Below are positions 1 through 12,688 of a DNA stretch of 64,000 nt, piece after piece. The position numbers and the translations under genes were made by a program. The DNA comes from the human T2T-CHM13v2.0 reference genome, Homo sapiens: assembly GCF_009914755.1 (NCBI RefSeq), contig NC_060938.1; one strand, written 5' to 3'. The notes under the pieces were generated by a model. It did no database searches. It had not been told where the DNA came from and worked only from the letters and a program-made list of their open reading frames with translations. How positions within the stretch are numbered: the first letter of the stretch is position 1; the number at the start of each line of letters is the position of its first letter.

Positions 1-2121
1 GGGGATTTAATTCTTTCAAAATTTAATTCTGTTGAAATGTTTACTTCAAGAAGCAATGCATTTTTGAGAGCTAATCCTGATCTATTCAAATCTTAACAAC
101 TTCAGTTGATGGAGTGGACTTCTTCTAAATTAGTGATTCCCTAATTTGCCTGACTGTTGGAATTTCCAGGGCATGTTGAAAATACACATTATCCAGACTC
201 TTACCTCTGCAGATCTATTTAGTGGTTCTAAAATGGCAGCCAGGAGTCTGGATTTTTCCCAGGGGTCCTGTGTAATTCACACTGATGAACAGGCAAGTTT
301 GGGAAATAGTGCCTTAAGGAGATTTTTCATTAAGCAGTCTTCATTTGAAATGAGGATCGTTTATCTTCTAATACTCCATGCTTCCTCTTTCTCCTGCTCT
401 CCTCGCCTCCTGTTGTCTTTCAGTTCCTAGAAGCTTTAACTGAATGAAAGGTCCTAGTAGATCTGTACCTACTAAAAACCACACTTCTGAAGCTATGTGG
501 CCACCAGAAGACACAGCTAGTCTGCAATGTAAAAAAGGAAAGGTGGTGTGTGCACTGAGGGTACAGGGTTGACGGGCAGGGAAATGGAGACCCTCACAGC
601 CAGCAGCAGTGGCCCTCATCACAGCCCTCCAGGAGATAGGAAAGGAGGTCAGATCTTGGACAGTAGTCTTGCCTTCCTGCTATAGAACACATTGTTAACA
701 CCAAAAAAGCTGATCTCTTCTAGGGGAATGGTGAAAGCTGACTCTAGCACTTGTGCTTTTAATTTCAGGGTGGCACAGCTTCTAAATGGCATCTAAGTTG
801 CTGATATAAAAATGAAAATTCTGTGTACTTTGATATTAGCAGGCTTTAAATACAAACCAGAATAAGATTAAATTGTTTCTTAATCAAATCGAATAATTTT
901 CACATTGGCAGTCCATTCGGCATCTGGCTCATGTTTGGGCTAGGCTGAGTAGTCCGTGAAAGTCTGGAGGGAAATACAGAGGCCAATTCTACATAAGCAT
1001 TAGGTTGAGAAATACCCTGCTTCCCCATGAAAAGTTTAAATTGATGTGACGCCACCTTCACCAAATCGAGGTTGGTCAACACTTTTCACCACTGCCACTG
1101 GACACTTTGACTTCCAATTTTGCTTCCTGCTCTATGAAGATATCCCCTTCTTTCCTTTCCCACATTCTCCCTATAACCTCATCTTCCTTTCGTCTACTCT
1201 CTCTTATCATTGTCCATCTCTGCTTCCCAAAACCTTATATAGTACAGAAATTGACCAATCAAGATTACCATGTGGAAGAGCATCCATTTACTGAATAAGG
1301 TAGCTGGCTCCTGGGGGCAGAAAAGTGATTAGATACAGAGATAAAAATCATAATCCCTGCTCTCCTGGACTCACTGTCCAATGGGGAGACAGACACGTGA
1401 ACAAATACAACTTCGTAACTACAACAATCAAGTGAACTATATAATTTAGACTGGAGAAAGAAAGAGCAAATGTTATCATAAGACAGTGTGTCCACTACTT
1501 ACTCTCTAACAGATTTCCTCATAAACCACTAGGCTTGCCAACTTGTTGCATAAGAAAATTGGAAGGTGAGGGAGGGAAAATACATATGCCTCTTGGCATT
1601 TCATTCTGTAAATACATAAATAATGTAACTATTAATGATATCATCATGTTGATTCAATAAGTTTGAAACCAAAATTGATAGTAATCTTTAGAAGAAATTA
1701 TGTATGTGTCTATGCATGTACACACATAGACATACACATATTGCTTTCTGAAATTTTTAATGACTTTATGCTTCTTCTGAAGCAATTCGAGTTTAGTATT
1801 TGAGACCCATGGGTCAAAGCATCTTCTTGAGTATACTGAAGAACATTTAGATTAATTTCAGACATGTATTTTGGTTAATATAGTGGTTTTTATCCATGCT
1901 AACTTATTTACTGTTTAAAAACATATTGAGAACAAACAACAGCAGCAACCCTGAATTGAGTGAAAGTCCTGAGAAGGGCTTTGCCCAATCAGTGCATATG
2001 CATGTTTACACTAATCTCCTGTCTGATCCTAGGAAGTGGCCGAATGAGCTAGCAGATGGTCTCTTTGGCTGTATTATAAACGATAATTTATTTTTATTTG
2101 TTTTATTCATTCATTCCTTCA

Positions 2122-2399
<278 letters not shown>

Positions 2400-2706
2400 A
2401 GAAATGACATTTTAAAACCAACTATTACCTACACAGATGTATGATGCTCCCTTGTTTTCTTTAAAAATAGGAATGCCTTAGATTTTTGGCTCATTTTGTT
2501 TCATCAAAGATCTTAAATGCAGTTGTGAAAATTTTTGTTTACCCTCATAATAGCCTGAGAATTTAGAATGAATATAATTATTGCTATTTTCACAAGTAAA
2601 ATTGGAATGAGAAGATTAAACAGTGGAATACATGTGTAAATAACAACAGCAGAGGCAAGCCATCTATAGAATATTAAAATTTCTTGCATGTGTGTTACCA
2701 ACATTT

Positions 2707-3050
2707 TCTCATGCCTGAAATCCCAGCACTTTGGGAGGCCGAGGCAGGTGGATCACCTGCGGTCAGTAGTTCGAGACTAGCCTGGCCAACATGGTGAAAC
2801 CCCGTGTCTACTAAAAGTTCAAAAATTAGCCAGGCGTGGTGGCAGGCACCTATAATCCCAGCTACTCAGAAGGCTGAGGCAGAAGAATTGCTTGAACCTG
2901 GGAGGCAGAAGTTGCAGTAAGCCCAGACTGCACCATTGCCCTCCAGTCTGGGGGGGACAAGAGCAAGACTCCGTCTCCAAAAAAAAAAAAAAAAAAAAAA
3001 AAAACAAACAAATAAACCAAACCAAACCAAAACAACAACAACCAAAAACA
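2707..3050 (+). mobile_element. AluS with long A/(AAAC)n tail
   Basis: Alu consensus. Confidence 0.9.
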
Positions 3051-4184
3051 ACATTTTCCAAGACAAGCAAAGCTACTAAACTTTATAAGGCCCCATCCCC
3101 CCAAGTATTATGCTTTCCATGTACTCCAACATTAACGACAGCAACTGGTACTAGCCATGTGACATACAATCCCAGCACATTGTTCGGCTCTGATGTTTTC
3201 TAGGAATTTTTTCTTTACAGCCTTATTGATATTAAGCTCTATTTTCTCAAGACCTGGTTTTCATAAACTGTATATTTTTGCAGTTGAGGGAAAATGATCT
3301 CAGGTCAGTCAATCCACTGTTGACCCACAAATGAAATAAGGTAGGCTTATTGTTAAGATGGAGAGGTGTCTGCATCATCCTACACTTTTTCCCAGCCTCC
3401 AGGTGACCATATAATTAAAATATCCTTGATATTTCTATGTAGTTTAAGTTGTTTTTAATTCTAGAACCCCTCAATCTTTCTCCATTCAATTTAAATGAAA
3501 AGTCATTTGAGTATCCAGAACACACTCAGCACTCATAGAAGCAAAGCAAGAAAAATGGAAACATTATAGTCAATGCCCATGTTCTACCCCAGGATGAAAT
3601 GAGGCATTAATACTGAGAGTTGTGATTCTGAATAAGTCTTAACCTTCTGCACATCTTAGTTGTTCAAAAATGTGTCATGTCAGCAAGGTGATAACAGTGA
3701 AGATTTTCTACAATCAAAGTAGTATTGTTATGTTCTGTTGTATAAAATAGAAATAAATGTACCACATTGATCAGAAAAATCACACTAGCATATTCTGGCA
3801 GCTTAAATTTTTTATTATTGTACTTTAAGTTCTAGGGCACATGTGCACAACGTGCAGGTTTGTTACATAGGTATACATGTGCCATGTTGGTTTGCTGCAC
3901 CCATTAACTCGTCATTTACATTAGGTACTTCTCCTAATGCTATCCCTCCCCTAGCCTCCACGCTAGGACAGGCCCCTGTGTGTGATGTTCCCCGCCCTGT
4001 CCAAGTGTTTTCATTGTTCAATTCCCACCTATGAGTGAGAACATGTGGTGTTTGGTTTTCTGTCCTTATGATAGCTTGCTCAGAATGATGGTTTCCAGCT
4101 TCATCCATGTTCCCGCAAAGGACATGAACTCATCCCTTTTTGTGGCTGCATAGTATTCCATGGTGTACATGTGCCACATTTTCT

Positions 4185-5972
4185 TTCTTTCTTTCTTTGT
4201 TTCTTTGTTTCTTTCTTTCTTTTGTTTTATGGAATAAAAAGTTCGGCCTTTTTACTGCATGAAACTAAAATTGGAAAAGGTGGGCGTGGATGGGGTGGGA
4301 GGGGGTTGAGGGGAGCAGGAGATGCCCTCTCCACCAGCTCCTGGGTAATGACACCTCACTTCTTGCATAATTTCTGGCATCTTCCTGCCTGCAATGCCAG
4401 CTCTCTCAGCATCTTGGAGAAGGGGGGATCACACACTCATCGTCATGCTTGGAGAGTAATTGTCATTCTGAAAGGAGTGGAGGAAGTTCCCTCCTAGCTC
4501 GCTGTCATCTCGAGGGGTGCCTGGAAGACTGCTAATACTATTCACGTTGTTAGGAGAATTTTTTGGAAGTCATTTATGTTGCCTGACCCTAACAATCCGT
4601 TCATGTGTTGTGGCTCCATGCCACCCATGCTGCCCATCGGACCGTCCAAGCTGGGACCCATCGGGAAGTTGGACCGGCTGCCTCCAGGTGGCACCAGATT
4701 AATCAATGTGTAGATGTTGTCGCTGGAATTTGTTGAATCTGAGGGACTGGGCATAGTGGGTGTTCCTGGAGGGCCACCACCACCAGGGGGTCCCACATAG
4801 GTACCAGGTGATGAGGAGGAGTATGGAATTGAGTTAGCACTGTTAGAATTGGGCTAGGGTCTGCCGGCTCCCGGGCCCATGTTAATCCCGGGCATGGCAG
4901 GGCCAAGGGAATTGGGTGGTGGTCTCATGCCACTGCCGTAATTCTGTGGGCTGGGACTCATGGGCACCATGCCTCAGGGAGGGTTCATTCTCTGCATTGA
5001 TCCTTCTATGTGGGGGTGGCCTTGTTGTCGTGTGGGATCCATGGAATTGGGCAGCAATGGCTGTTTCCCAGGAACTCCTCCGGAGGAGGCTGGTTTCCCA
5101 TTCTGATCGGGGGGCCTGGGGCCGCCTGCGTATTGCGGTGACATAAAAGGCTGACTGTGGGGTCCCATCATGCTGCTAGGATTGTGAGGTGGAGGCTGTG
5201 CATGCGGTGAGGGCAGTGACCCCGGAGGACACTGAAAGAAACCTGGCGAGACTCGGCCTCCCGGCATCCCATCTTTGGGGGGAATGTTGCCAAGCACGGG
5301 GCTCCGGGCAGCTGCTGCACTAGAATCAGGAAAGGCTTTTGCTTCACTTGAATGTTCACAAGTGTCTCTCCTTTTAGGAGCTGCACAGTAAAGGTCCCAA
5401 AATACACACCACCACGAGTGCAAAAACCGAGGCTGTTCTCCCAACCTGATGTTTTTTTTTTTTTTTTTTCCCAGAGAATCTCCGATAAGAAGGTCTGTGC
5501 AGATTTCTGTGCTCCTACCTGCAGTAAATATTCGTAGACGTATAAAGCTAACTTTTCCCCAGCCTGCCGGTTCGAGGGCACCAACGAGCCTTTGTCTTTG
5601 GCAAACATGGTTTGCAGGGAAGAGGGCTCCAAGCCTCGCCACAGCCGCCACCGCTCCGGCTCTCCGGAGCTGCCCCTGGCTCCCGGCCCCCTCCCAGGCG
5701 CTCGCTCGCTCTCTCGCTAGCTGGCGCTCTCCTCGCCGCGCTCCCCTCCCTCCCGACCAGGCGCTGGCTCCGCGCTCTTTTCAGCTGTCAAAGCATCAGC
5801 CCGGACCAAGGCCCCATCGCCCTGGAACTCCTCCCGTGCCGGCTGGGCCTGGGGTGCCGCCGCCGCCGCCTCCCGAAAGGCCGCCAGGTCTCTGCTAGCT
5901 CAGGTGCTCGCCAGGCTCCGCCTGCACCGCCCTCTGCGCCTCCAGTACCGCTGCGGCCGCCGCCGCTGGTCT
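4185..5972 (-). pseudogene. SSBP3P: SSBP3 processed pseudogene (5'UTR 5609-5972, CDS-equivalent 5608-4429, 3'UTR, degenerate poly(A))
   Basis: Intronless. Translations [65 protein letters not shown] and ..YSPSMTMSV* match SSBP3. Frameshift at T18 (5452-5469) and premature stop at 4974-4976. Poly(A) decayed to (TTTC)n at ~4179-4229. TSD catgtgccacattttct (4168-4184) / catgtgtcatattttct (5973-5989). Paralog number not determinable. Confidence 0.95.
5609..5972. promoter_or_regulatory. CpG-rich island derived from the SSBP3 5'UTR
   Basis: Very GC-rich with many CpGs, (CCG)n runs and a GCGGCCGC site near 5953. Regulatory activity is not shown by sequence. Confidence 0.45.
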
Positions 5973-6716
5973 CATGTGTCATATTTTCTTAATCCAGTCT
6001 ATGGTTGATGGACATTTGGGTTGGTTCCAAGTTTTTGCTATTGTGAATAGTGCCGCAATAAACATACGTGTGCATGTGTCTTTATAGTAGCATGATTTAT
6101 AATCCTTTGGGTATATACCCAGTAATGGAATCTGGGTCAAATGGTATTTCTCGTTCTAGATCCTTGAGGAATCGCCACACTGTCTTCCACAACGGTTGAA
6201 CTAGTTTACACTCCCACCAACAGTGTAAAAGCGTTCCTATGTCAAGCAATGGCAACAAAAGCCAAAACAGACAAATGGGATCTAATTAAACTAAAGAGCT
6301 TCTGTGCAGCAAAAGAAACTACCATCAGAGTGAACAGGCAACCTACAGAATGGGAGAACATTTTTGCAATCTATCCATCTGACAAAGGGCTAATATCCAG
6401 AATCTACAAAGAACTTAAACAGATTTACAAGAAAAAACAAAACAACCCCATCAAAAAGTGGGCAAAGGACATGAACAGACACTTCTCAAAAGAAGACATT
6501 TATGCAGTCAACAGACACACGAAAAAATGCTCACCATCACTGGCCATCAGAGAAATGCAAATCAAAACCACAGTGAGATACCATCTCACACCAGTTAGAA
6601 TGGCAGCTTAATTTTTAAAACGCTATATCAATAATTTAAGCACATAGATCTCTCAGCTAGAATAAATGTTACATATTTAATTGACAATAATTTTTTGCTC
6701 TCTTAGAGATGTGTAG

Positions 6717-7082
<366 letters not shown>

Positions 7083-7958
7083 TAACTCAGTTATTCATGA
7101 TACATGTCATATTATAAGTAGGAGAATTCAATATTCATGATTTTGAAGCAATTTCAGAGTACTATAATCACCCCACTTGACAGACTTCGAATTCATTGGA
7201 AATCTCTGGAAATAATTAGCAAGTTATTAGCACAGACTCTAAACAGACCTTCAAAATGCGTTACATAGATTTGCTAGAAGAGATTGTCAGTCTGCCAAAA
7301 GTAGTCACTTTGGTTTGATTTGCATTGAATGAAATTTTTTAAATGTAAAGCTAAACTCTTCAGGATCACTGCACCAGGTTTCTATGGGACAACACTGAAC
7401 AGGGCTGCCACTGAAACACCTTGGATGAGAGCCTCAAACTCCCTGAACACAGCTTCCAGCACACTATTGGGAGAATGACTGGAACTCAAAAATGTGTGCA
7501 ATGAATGTACTTAGGAGCTTCTTGGAGAGGAAGTAAAGAGGTTGTATGTAATAACCTCCAGTTTAGTACTACTACAGATAAAGTAGTAGTATTGGTAAAG
7601 TAATTGATAAATAAATAGTAGTGCTAAAGTCATACTAATAAAGTAGTACTAATAGCCCTATACTAGTAGTAATAATAAAGTGGTATTGCTATTGATTCTA
7701 TTGGTCTCTCTACCTACCTATCTCTCTAGATGGGAGGGCATAGGATTTGGCTGATGAGATTGGGCTTAGCAGTGAAGAGCAAAGAGCTCATGCATGCTTT
7801 GAACAGGTATGCCCTCAAACTTGGTATTGTGTGACTAAATTCCAGAACCAAGGCTAAAAGGTGGAAGTTTTGTTTGACTATTTGCGTGTCACATTTTCCT
7901 TTTGGTCTATTGTCTAACATATGCTGCTAGAATTCTTTTCACTCTGACTACTTTTTAC

Positions 7959-8136
7959 GTGGTTAGACGACGCTGTTATTGACGAGATCACACCCAAGCT
8001 GATCAGAGATCCGCCCAATTCTTGCACCTACATCAAGGCCTTGGGAGAAATGGTGGTGCAGCAGGAGAGCAGAAACCTAACCATCGCCATCATAAGGCCC
8101 TCCATTGTGGGAGCAACGTGGCATGAGCCTTTCCCA
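7959..8136 (+). pseudogene. FAR2P: FAR2 unprocessed pseudogene exon (178 nt)
   Basis: Encodes [59 protein letters not shown], matching fatty acyl-CoA reductase 2. Donor GTAAG at 8137. The acceptor position reads AC, not AG. Confidence 0.93.
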
Positions 8137-8212
8137 GTAAGCCCACTCACCTGGATTCTCTGTTTTGCTTCCAAATTAAAGTTCTTCTAGCCCAATTACT
8201 TTCTGATGTCGT

Positions 8213-8317
8213 TTCTCCCCCTCCTCCTCCTTCTCCTTCTTCTTTCTTCATCTTCTTCCTCTTCCCCTTCCCCTCTTCCTCCTCCTCCTCCTCCTCTTCC
8301 TCCTCTTCCTCCTCCTC
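8213..8317. repeat. (CCT)n/(CTT)n pyrimidine tract
   Basis: Directly visible. Confidence 0.9.
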
Positions 8318-8696
8318 AGGATTTATAGCTAAGTGCAGCCAATCAAATATGAACCCATTATACTAGGGCAAAATTCCACTTTGGGATCAGGATTTACTCA
8401 GCATGTACCTTCTCTGGCAGTTACCCTGACTGTCCTAGAGTTGAATGGAGATCTTAAATTAGCTTCTAATTACTCTAGCCTCAAAATTCCCATGGGTGAT
8501 GGCTTCATATCTTGGCTTTCCCACTATAGTTTAAACATACCGAATGTTCTTAATGGTCAAATTGGTAGTATTGCAACTGCCAGGGTAAACAAGGGTTACA
8601 AAGTGCACAGAAGGATCCCAGTTTGGGAATACTGTTTTTCCTAACCTCAGTATAGTGCTATGTCCTTTTAAAAGTACTTTGAATTATGCTATCTTC

Positions 8697-9399
8697 TTTT
8701 TTTTATTATACTTTAAGTTCTAGGGTACATGTGCACAATGTGCAGGTTTGTTACGTATGTCTACATGTGCCATGTTGGTTTGCTGCACCCATTAACTCGT
8801 CATTTACATTAGGTATTTCTCCTAATGCTATCCCTCCCCTAGCTTCCATGCTAGGACAGGCCCCCGTGTGTGATGTTCCCCGCCTTGTGTCCAAGTGTTC
8901 TCATTGTTCAATTCCCACCTATAAGTGAGAACATGCGGTGTTTGGTTTTCTGTCCTTGCGGTAGTTTGCTCAGAATGATGGTTTCCAGTTACATCCATGT
9001 CGCTACAAAGGATATGAACTCCTCCTTTTTTATGGCTGCATAGTTCTCCATGGCTTGTATGTGCCACATTTTCTTAATCCAGTCTATCATCGATACAGAT
9101 TTGAGTTGGTTCCAAGTCTTTGCTATTGTGAATAGTGCCGCAATAAACATATGTGTGCATGTGTCTTTATAGTAGCAGGATTTATAATCCTTTGGGTATA
9201 TACCCAGTAATGGGATGGCTGGATCAAATGGTATTTCTAGTTCTAGATCATTGAGGAATTGCCACACTGACTTCCACAATGAGTGAACCAGTTTACACTC
9301 CCACCAACAGTGTAAAAGTGTTCCTATTTCTCCACATGCTCTCCAGCACCTGTTGCTTCCTGACTCTTTAATGATCGCCATTCTAACTGGTGTGAGATA
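8697..9399 (-). mobile_element. 5'-truncated L1PA (about PA6-like)
   Basis: L1 ORF2 C-terminus ([19 protein letters not shown]) plus 3'UTR and T-tail. TSD gaattatgctatcttcttt (8681-8699) / gaattataccatcttcttt (9400-9418). Confidence 0.9.
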
Positions 9400-9803
9400 G
9401 AATTATACCATCTTCTTTAAAGCAAGTCTGTGAAGCTTTGGGGCAGATAAATTCCAGCTCCACCACTTACTGGCAATGCAAAATTTTTGAGTTGTCCCTT
9501 CCATAAAACAGGAGGGATACTATTTTGGAGACCTGGTTTAATGAGACAATGTATGAGGAGTGCTCAGTCTCTAGTAAAAGGCAGGTCCTTACTAAAAGGC
9601 TCATGGATATTAATCCCTTCATCTTCTCCTCCCGCCTCTCTCCTTTCCCATTATACACACACATTTTGACTTTTACACTATGAGGTAAAGAGACATCATA
9701 AGGTCAGCTGAATGGCTTAGGGTTTAGGAAACAAACTCAAAAAGACATTTCCCTCTAACTGTTCTTAAACATAATCTTCCCTGTAACATCTTTAAGCAAG
9801 TCA

Positions 9804-9870
9804 ACACACACACACACACACTACATATACACACACACACACAACATATACACACACACACATATATATG
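9804..9870. repeat. Interrupted (CA)n/(TA)n microsatellite
   Basis: Directly visible. Confidence 0.9.
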
Positions 9871-10313
9871 TGTATCTGGCATGGGCTGTATAGCTGGTCA
9901 AAAATGTCAAGAAATGGGCCATTACTACCAATCATGTCTCCAATATTCTCCTAAGGAGGCTAAAGTCAGGACTGAGGTGGAGAAGTATGGTTGGTGAATT
10001 GCTTAGCAGATCATAATATAAGAACAAGGTTCAATGTGGCCCTTAAGATGTCATAAAACACCACAAAACCATTCATGACTCCTGCTATGAGCAACAATCC
10101 TGGCCAAATTTTAATTTTTGCATAGTCAAGGTGCAGAAAATAGCCAATGCTTTGCCACTGATCTTTCAGATCTTAATAATACTGAATTAGATAGTTCTGT
10201 TGGCTGGGGTCTCAGTGCTCTTGTTTGAAATTTATTAAGATGAGACTGCAGATGTTTCAAAGATACAACAATCTTCTGAAATGTGTAACCAGTAGAAATC
10301 TTCTTTCTTTTAG

Positions 10314-10358
10314 GGTTGGGTTGAAAATCTAAATGGACCTAGCAGACTTATTATTGTG
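10314..10358 (+). pseudogene. FAR2P: FAR2 unprocessed pseudogene next exon (45 nt)
   Basis: ttctttcttttag|GGT TGG GTT GAA AAT CTA AAT GGA CCT AGC AGA CTT ATT ATT GTG|gtatgt = GWVENLNGPSRLIIV, continuing FAR2 (GWVDNINGP..). No later FAR2 exon seen. Confidence 0.88.
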
Positions 10359-11199
10359 GTATGTTTAAGGATGAAGAAATAACTCTCTGAAGTGTAGTGG
10401 AGGAATAGTAATAAAATTCTTAGTGCTGGCTTAGCTTCATTGATCCCAAAACATAAATTTTACTTTACTAACAATTGAAGCATATTATTTCAATTATGCT
10501 GATCATAATATAGAAGTAGGAAGAAATTATTTTTATTCTTCAAGGATTTTTATCAGAAAAACCAAGGTAATGTATTATCAATTACCATTCAGGAATTCTT
10601 CTTTAAAAAACTTTTTTAAATTAAAAATATTAGTCTTAATTGAGTGTGGATAATAGAAATCCCATAATTATCTTATTTTTGTTAGACACCTTCTCAAAGT
10701 AGTTTTACATTACTTTATTCTCCTTTTGTTTATAATATAATAAATGTGTCTGAAACAATATGTACAACAGACTAATAAATGGTTCTGTTTAGCTAAGACT
10801 ACTCTAGTCTATACCATGAAAATGTTCGGTCTAAATTTCTAAACATTATAAACAACAATTTTTTGAAGTGCTCTGATTTTCCTAAGAATACAATACTCCT
10901 GACTTTCTTAAGTTTACACATGTAAATGAGAAGGAACTATAAATGAAAATATCATACGTCTTCTGTAGCTATTAGAATTTTCAGCTGAGGTTTTAGATCA
11001 TCACCAATTTAGTGTCACTCCTTTGCTCTGCAAACTTCAGCTCTCAATATATAGTTAATACTTTTACTTTCTGGAGATTTTTAGACTTTAAAGAACTCAT
11101 TCAAGATTGTTTAAGAAACAAAGCAGGGGATGAATTGAAGACTTTCATTTTAAAAGTAAGTACAGCACAATTATGAAGATTAAGCCTGATGAATATGAA

Positions 11200-11760
11200 A
11201 GGCAGACAGCATCAAATGCTGGTGATGCTGGTAGGAATGCAAATGTTACACCACTTACGAAGACAGTTGGTCAGCTTTTTACAAAACTAAGCAAACTCTT
11301 ATCATATAATCTAGCAATAATGCTCCTTAGTATTTACCCAAAGAAATTGAAAACATGTCCACACAAAAACCTGCACGATAATGTTTATAGCGGTTTAATT
11401 CATAATTGCCAAACTTGGAAGCAACCAAGATGTCCTTCATTAGGTAAATGGATAAACTGTAATACATCCAAATAATTAAATGTTATTCAGCATTAAAAAG
11501 AAATGACCTATCAGGCCATAAAAAGACATTAAGCAATCTCAAATACATGTTTCTGAGTGAAGCCAATCAGGAAATGCTATGTACTGTATGACTCCAGCTA
11601 CATGACATTCTGGGAAAGGCAAAGCTATGGAGACAGTTAAAAAAAATCAGTGGTTGCCAGGAGTTATGGGGGACAAAGGGACGCACAGATGGAGCACAGA
11701 GGAATTTTAGGGCAGTGAAACTCTTCTGTATAATACTATAATTATGGATATTACGTTCAG
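11200..11760 (+). mobile_element. Old L1M (L1MC/L1MB-like) 3' fragment
   Basis: Degenerate ORF2-end/3'UTR motifs (aacttggaagcaaccaagatgtccttca; atcagtggttgccagg). Confidence 0.7.
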
Positions 11761-12158
11761 ATTTTTAAATAAATAAAACTGAAATTTAAAATAGAGTAAG
11801 AGGGAATCAGGTTAATTTGTTTCAACTGAAATTCATGATCACAAAGCTCCTGTCTTTATGTTTCCCAGAAAAAAATATTCCCTGCCCCATTCACTCTCAT
11901 CCTTTCCCACAGTAACAGTTCATACTTATTTTCTCTCCTTCCCATCTTAACTCTTTACTGATGACTTTATTTTCAATTTCACTTGTAAAAAAAGAAAGTG
12001 GTCATTTGACAAGAATTTCAAAATCTCCAGTCTCTTCATCTGCTCATCTTTATATATCTATACCTACATTCTGTTATCTCTCCTTTTCATATGGATGAAC
12101 TGTCTTTGCTTCTAAATAATGTCCACCCCTCTCACTGTGACTAGGTGCTCTGTCTTGT

Positions 12159-12688
12159 TGTATTAGGATTCTCTAGAGGGACATGACTAATAGGATAAAT
12201 GTATATATAAAATGAGTTATTAAAGAGTATTGACCACACAATCACAAGGTGAAGTTGCACGATAGGCTGTCTGCAAGCTGAGGAGCGAGAAAGCCAGTCT
12301 GAGTCCCCAAATCCCAAAAGTAGGGAAGCCAACCGGGCAGCCTTCAGTCTGAGGCCGAAGGCCTGAGAGCCCCTGGCAAACCCCTGGTGTAGGTCCAAGA
12401 GTCCAAAAGCTGAAAGAACTTGGAGTTTGATGTTTGAGGGCAGGAAGCAACCAGCATGGGAGAAAGGTGGAGCCAGTCGAGCCCTTCCATATTCCTCTGC
12501 CTGCTTTTATCCTAGCTGTGCTGGCAGCTGATTAGAGGGTGACCACCCAGACTGAGAGTGGGTCTGCATCTCCCAGTTCACTGACTCAACTGTTAATCTC
12601 CTTTGGTGACACCCTCACAGACACACCCAGGAACAATACTTTGCACCCTTCAATCCAAGCAAGGTGACACTCAGTATTAACCATCACA
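12159..12688 (-). mobile_element. MLT2A-type (HERV-L) solo LTR
   Basis: TG...CA termini. Ends ..gacactcagtattaaccatcaca, typical of MLT2. 5-bp TSD cttgt (12154-12158) / cctgt (12689-12693). Confidence 0.85.

Larger units (their letters stand above)
3807..6604 (-). mobile_element. L1PA (about PA6-like) 5'-inverted (twin-primed) insertion, interrupted by SSBP3P
   Basis: L1 3'UTR/ORF2 end on - at 3807-4184 and 5973-6240. Inverted ORF2 piece on + at 6241-6604 ([20 protein letters not shown]). TSD tggcagcttaa at 3796-3806 and 6601-6611. Confidence 0.9.

Noticed and set aside
1-620. Possible ARHGAP42 pseudogene sequence expected from family context
   Set aside because: No ARHGAP42-like translation found. 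It looks like intronic DNA with a degenerate DNA-transposon remnant.
3420-3428. ATATCCTTG as U12 donor partner for the AC acceptor at 7957
   Set aside because: Not preceded by FAR2 coding sequence; likely a chance match.
4974-5651. 225-aa ORF with SSBP3 similarity as a functional gene
   Set aside because: Starts at GTG, enters the SSBP3 frame only after the A-run frameshift and ends at a premature stop; pseudogene remnant.
5449-5992. 149-aa and 126-aa Pro/Ala-rich ORFs on +
   Set aside because: Antisense to the GC-rich SSBP3 5'UTR. Stops are scarce because of base composition, and I recognise no homology.
7560-7695. Degenerate tagta/aataaag periodic repeat resembling an array
   Set aside because: Irregular low-complexity AT-rich microsatellite decay with no repeat-spacer structure.
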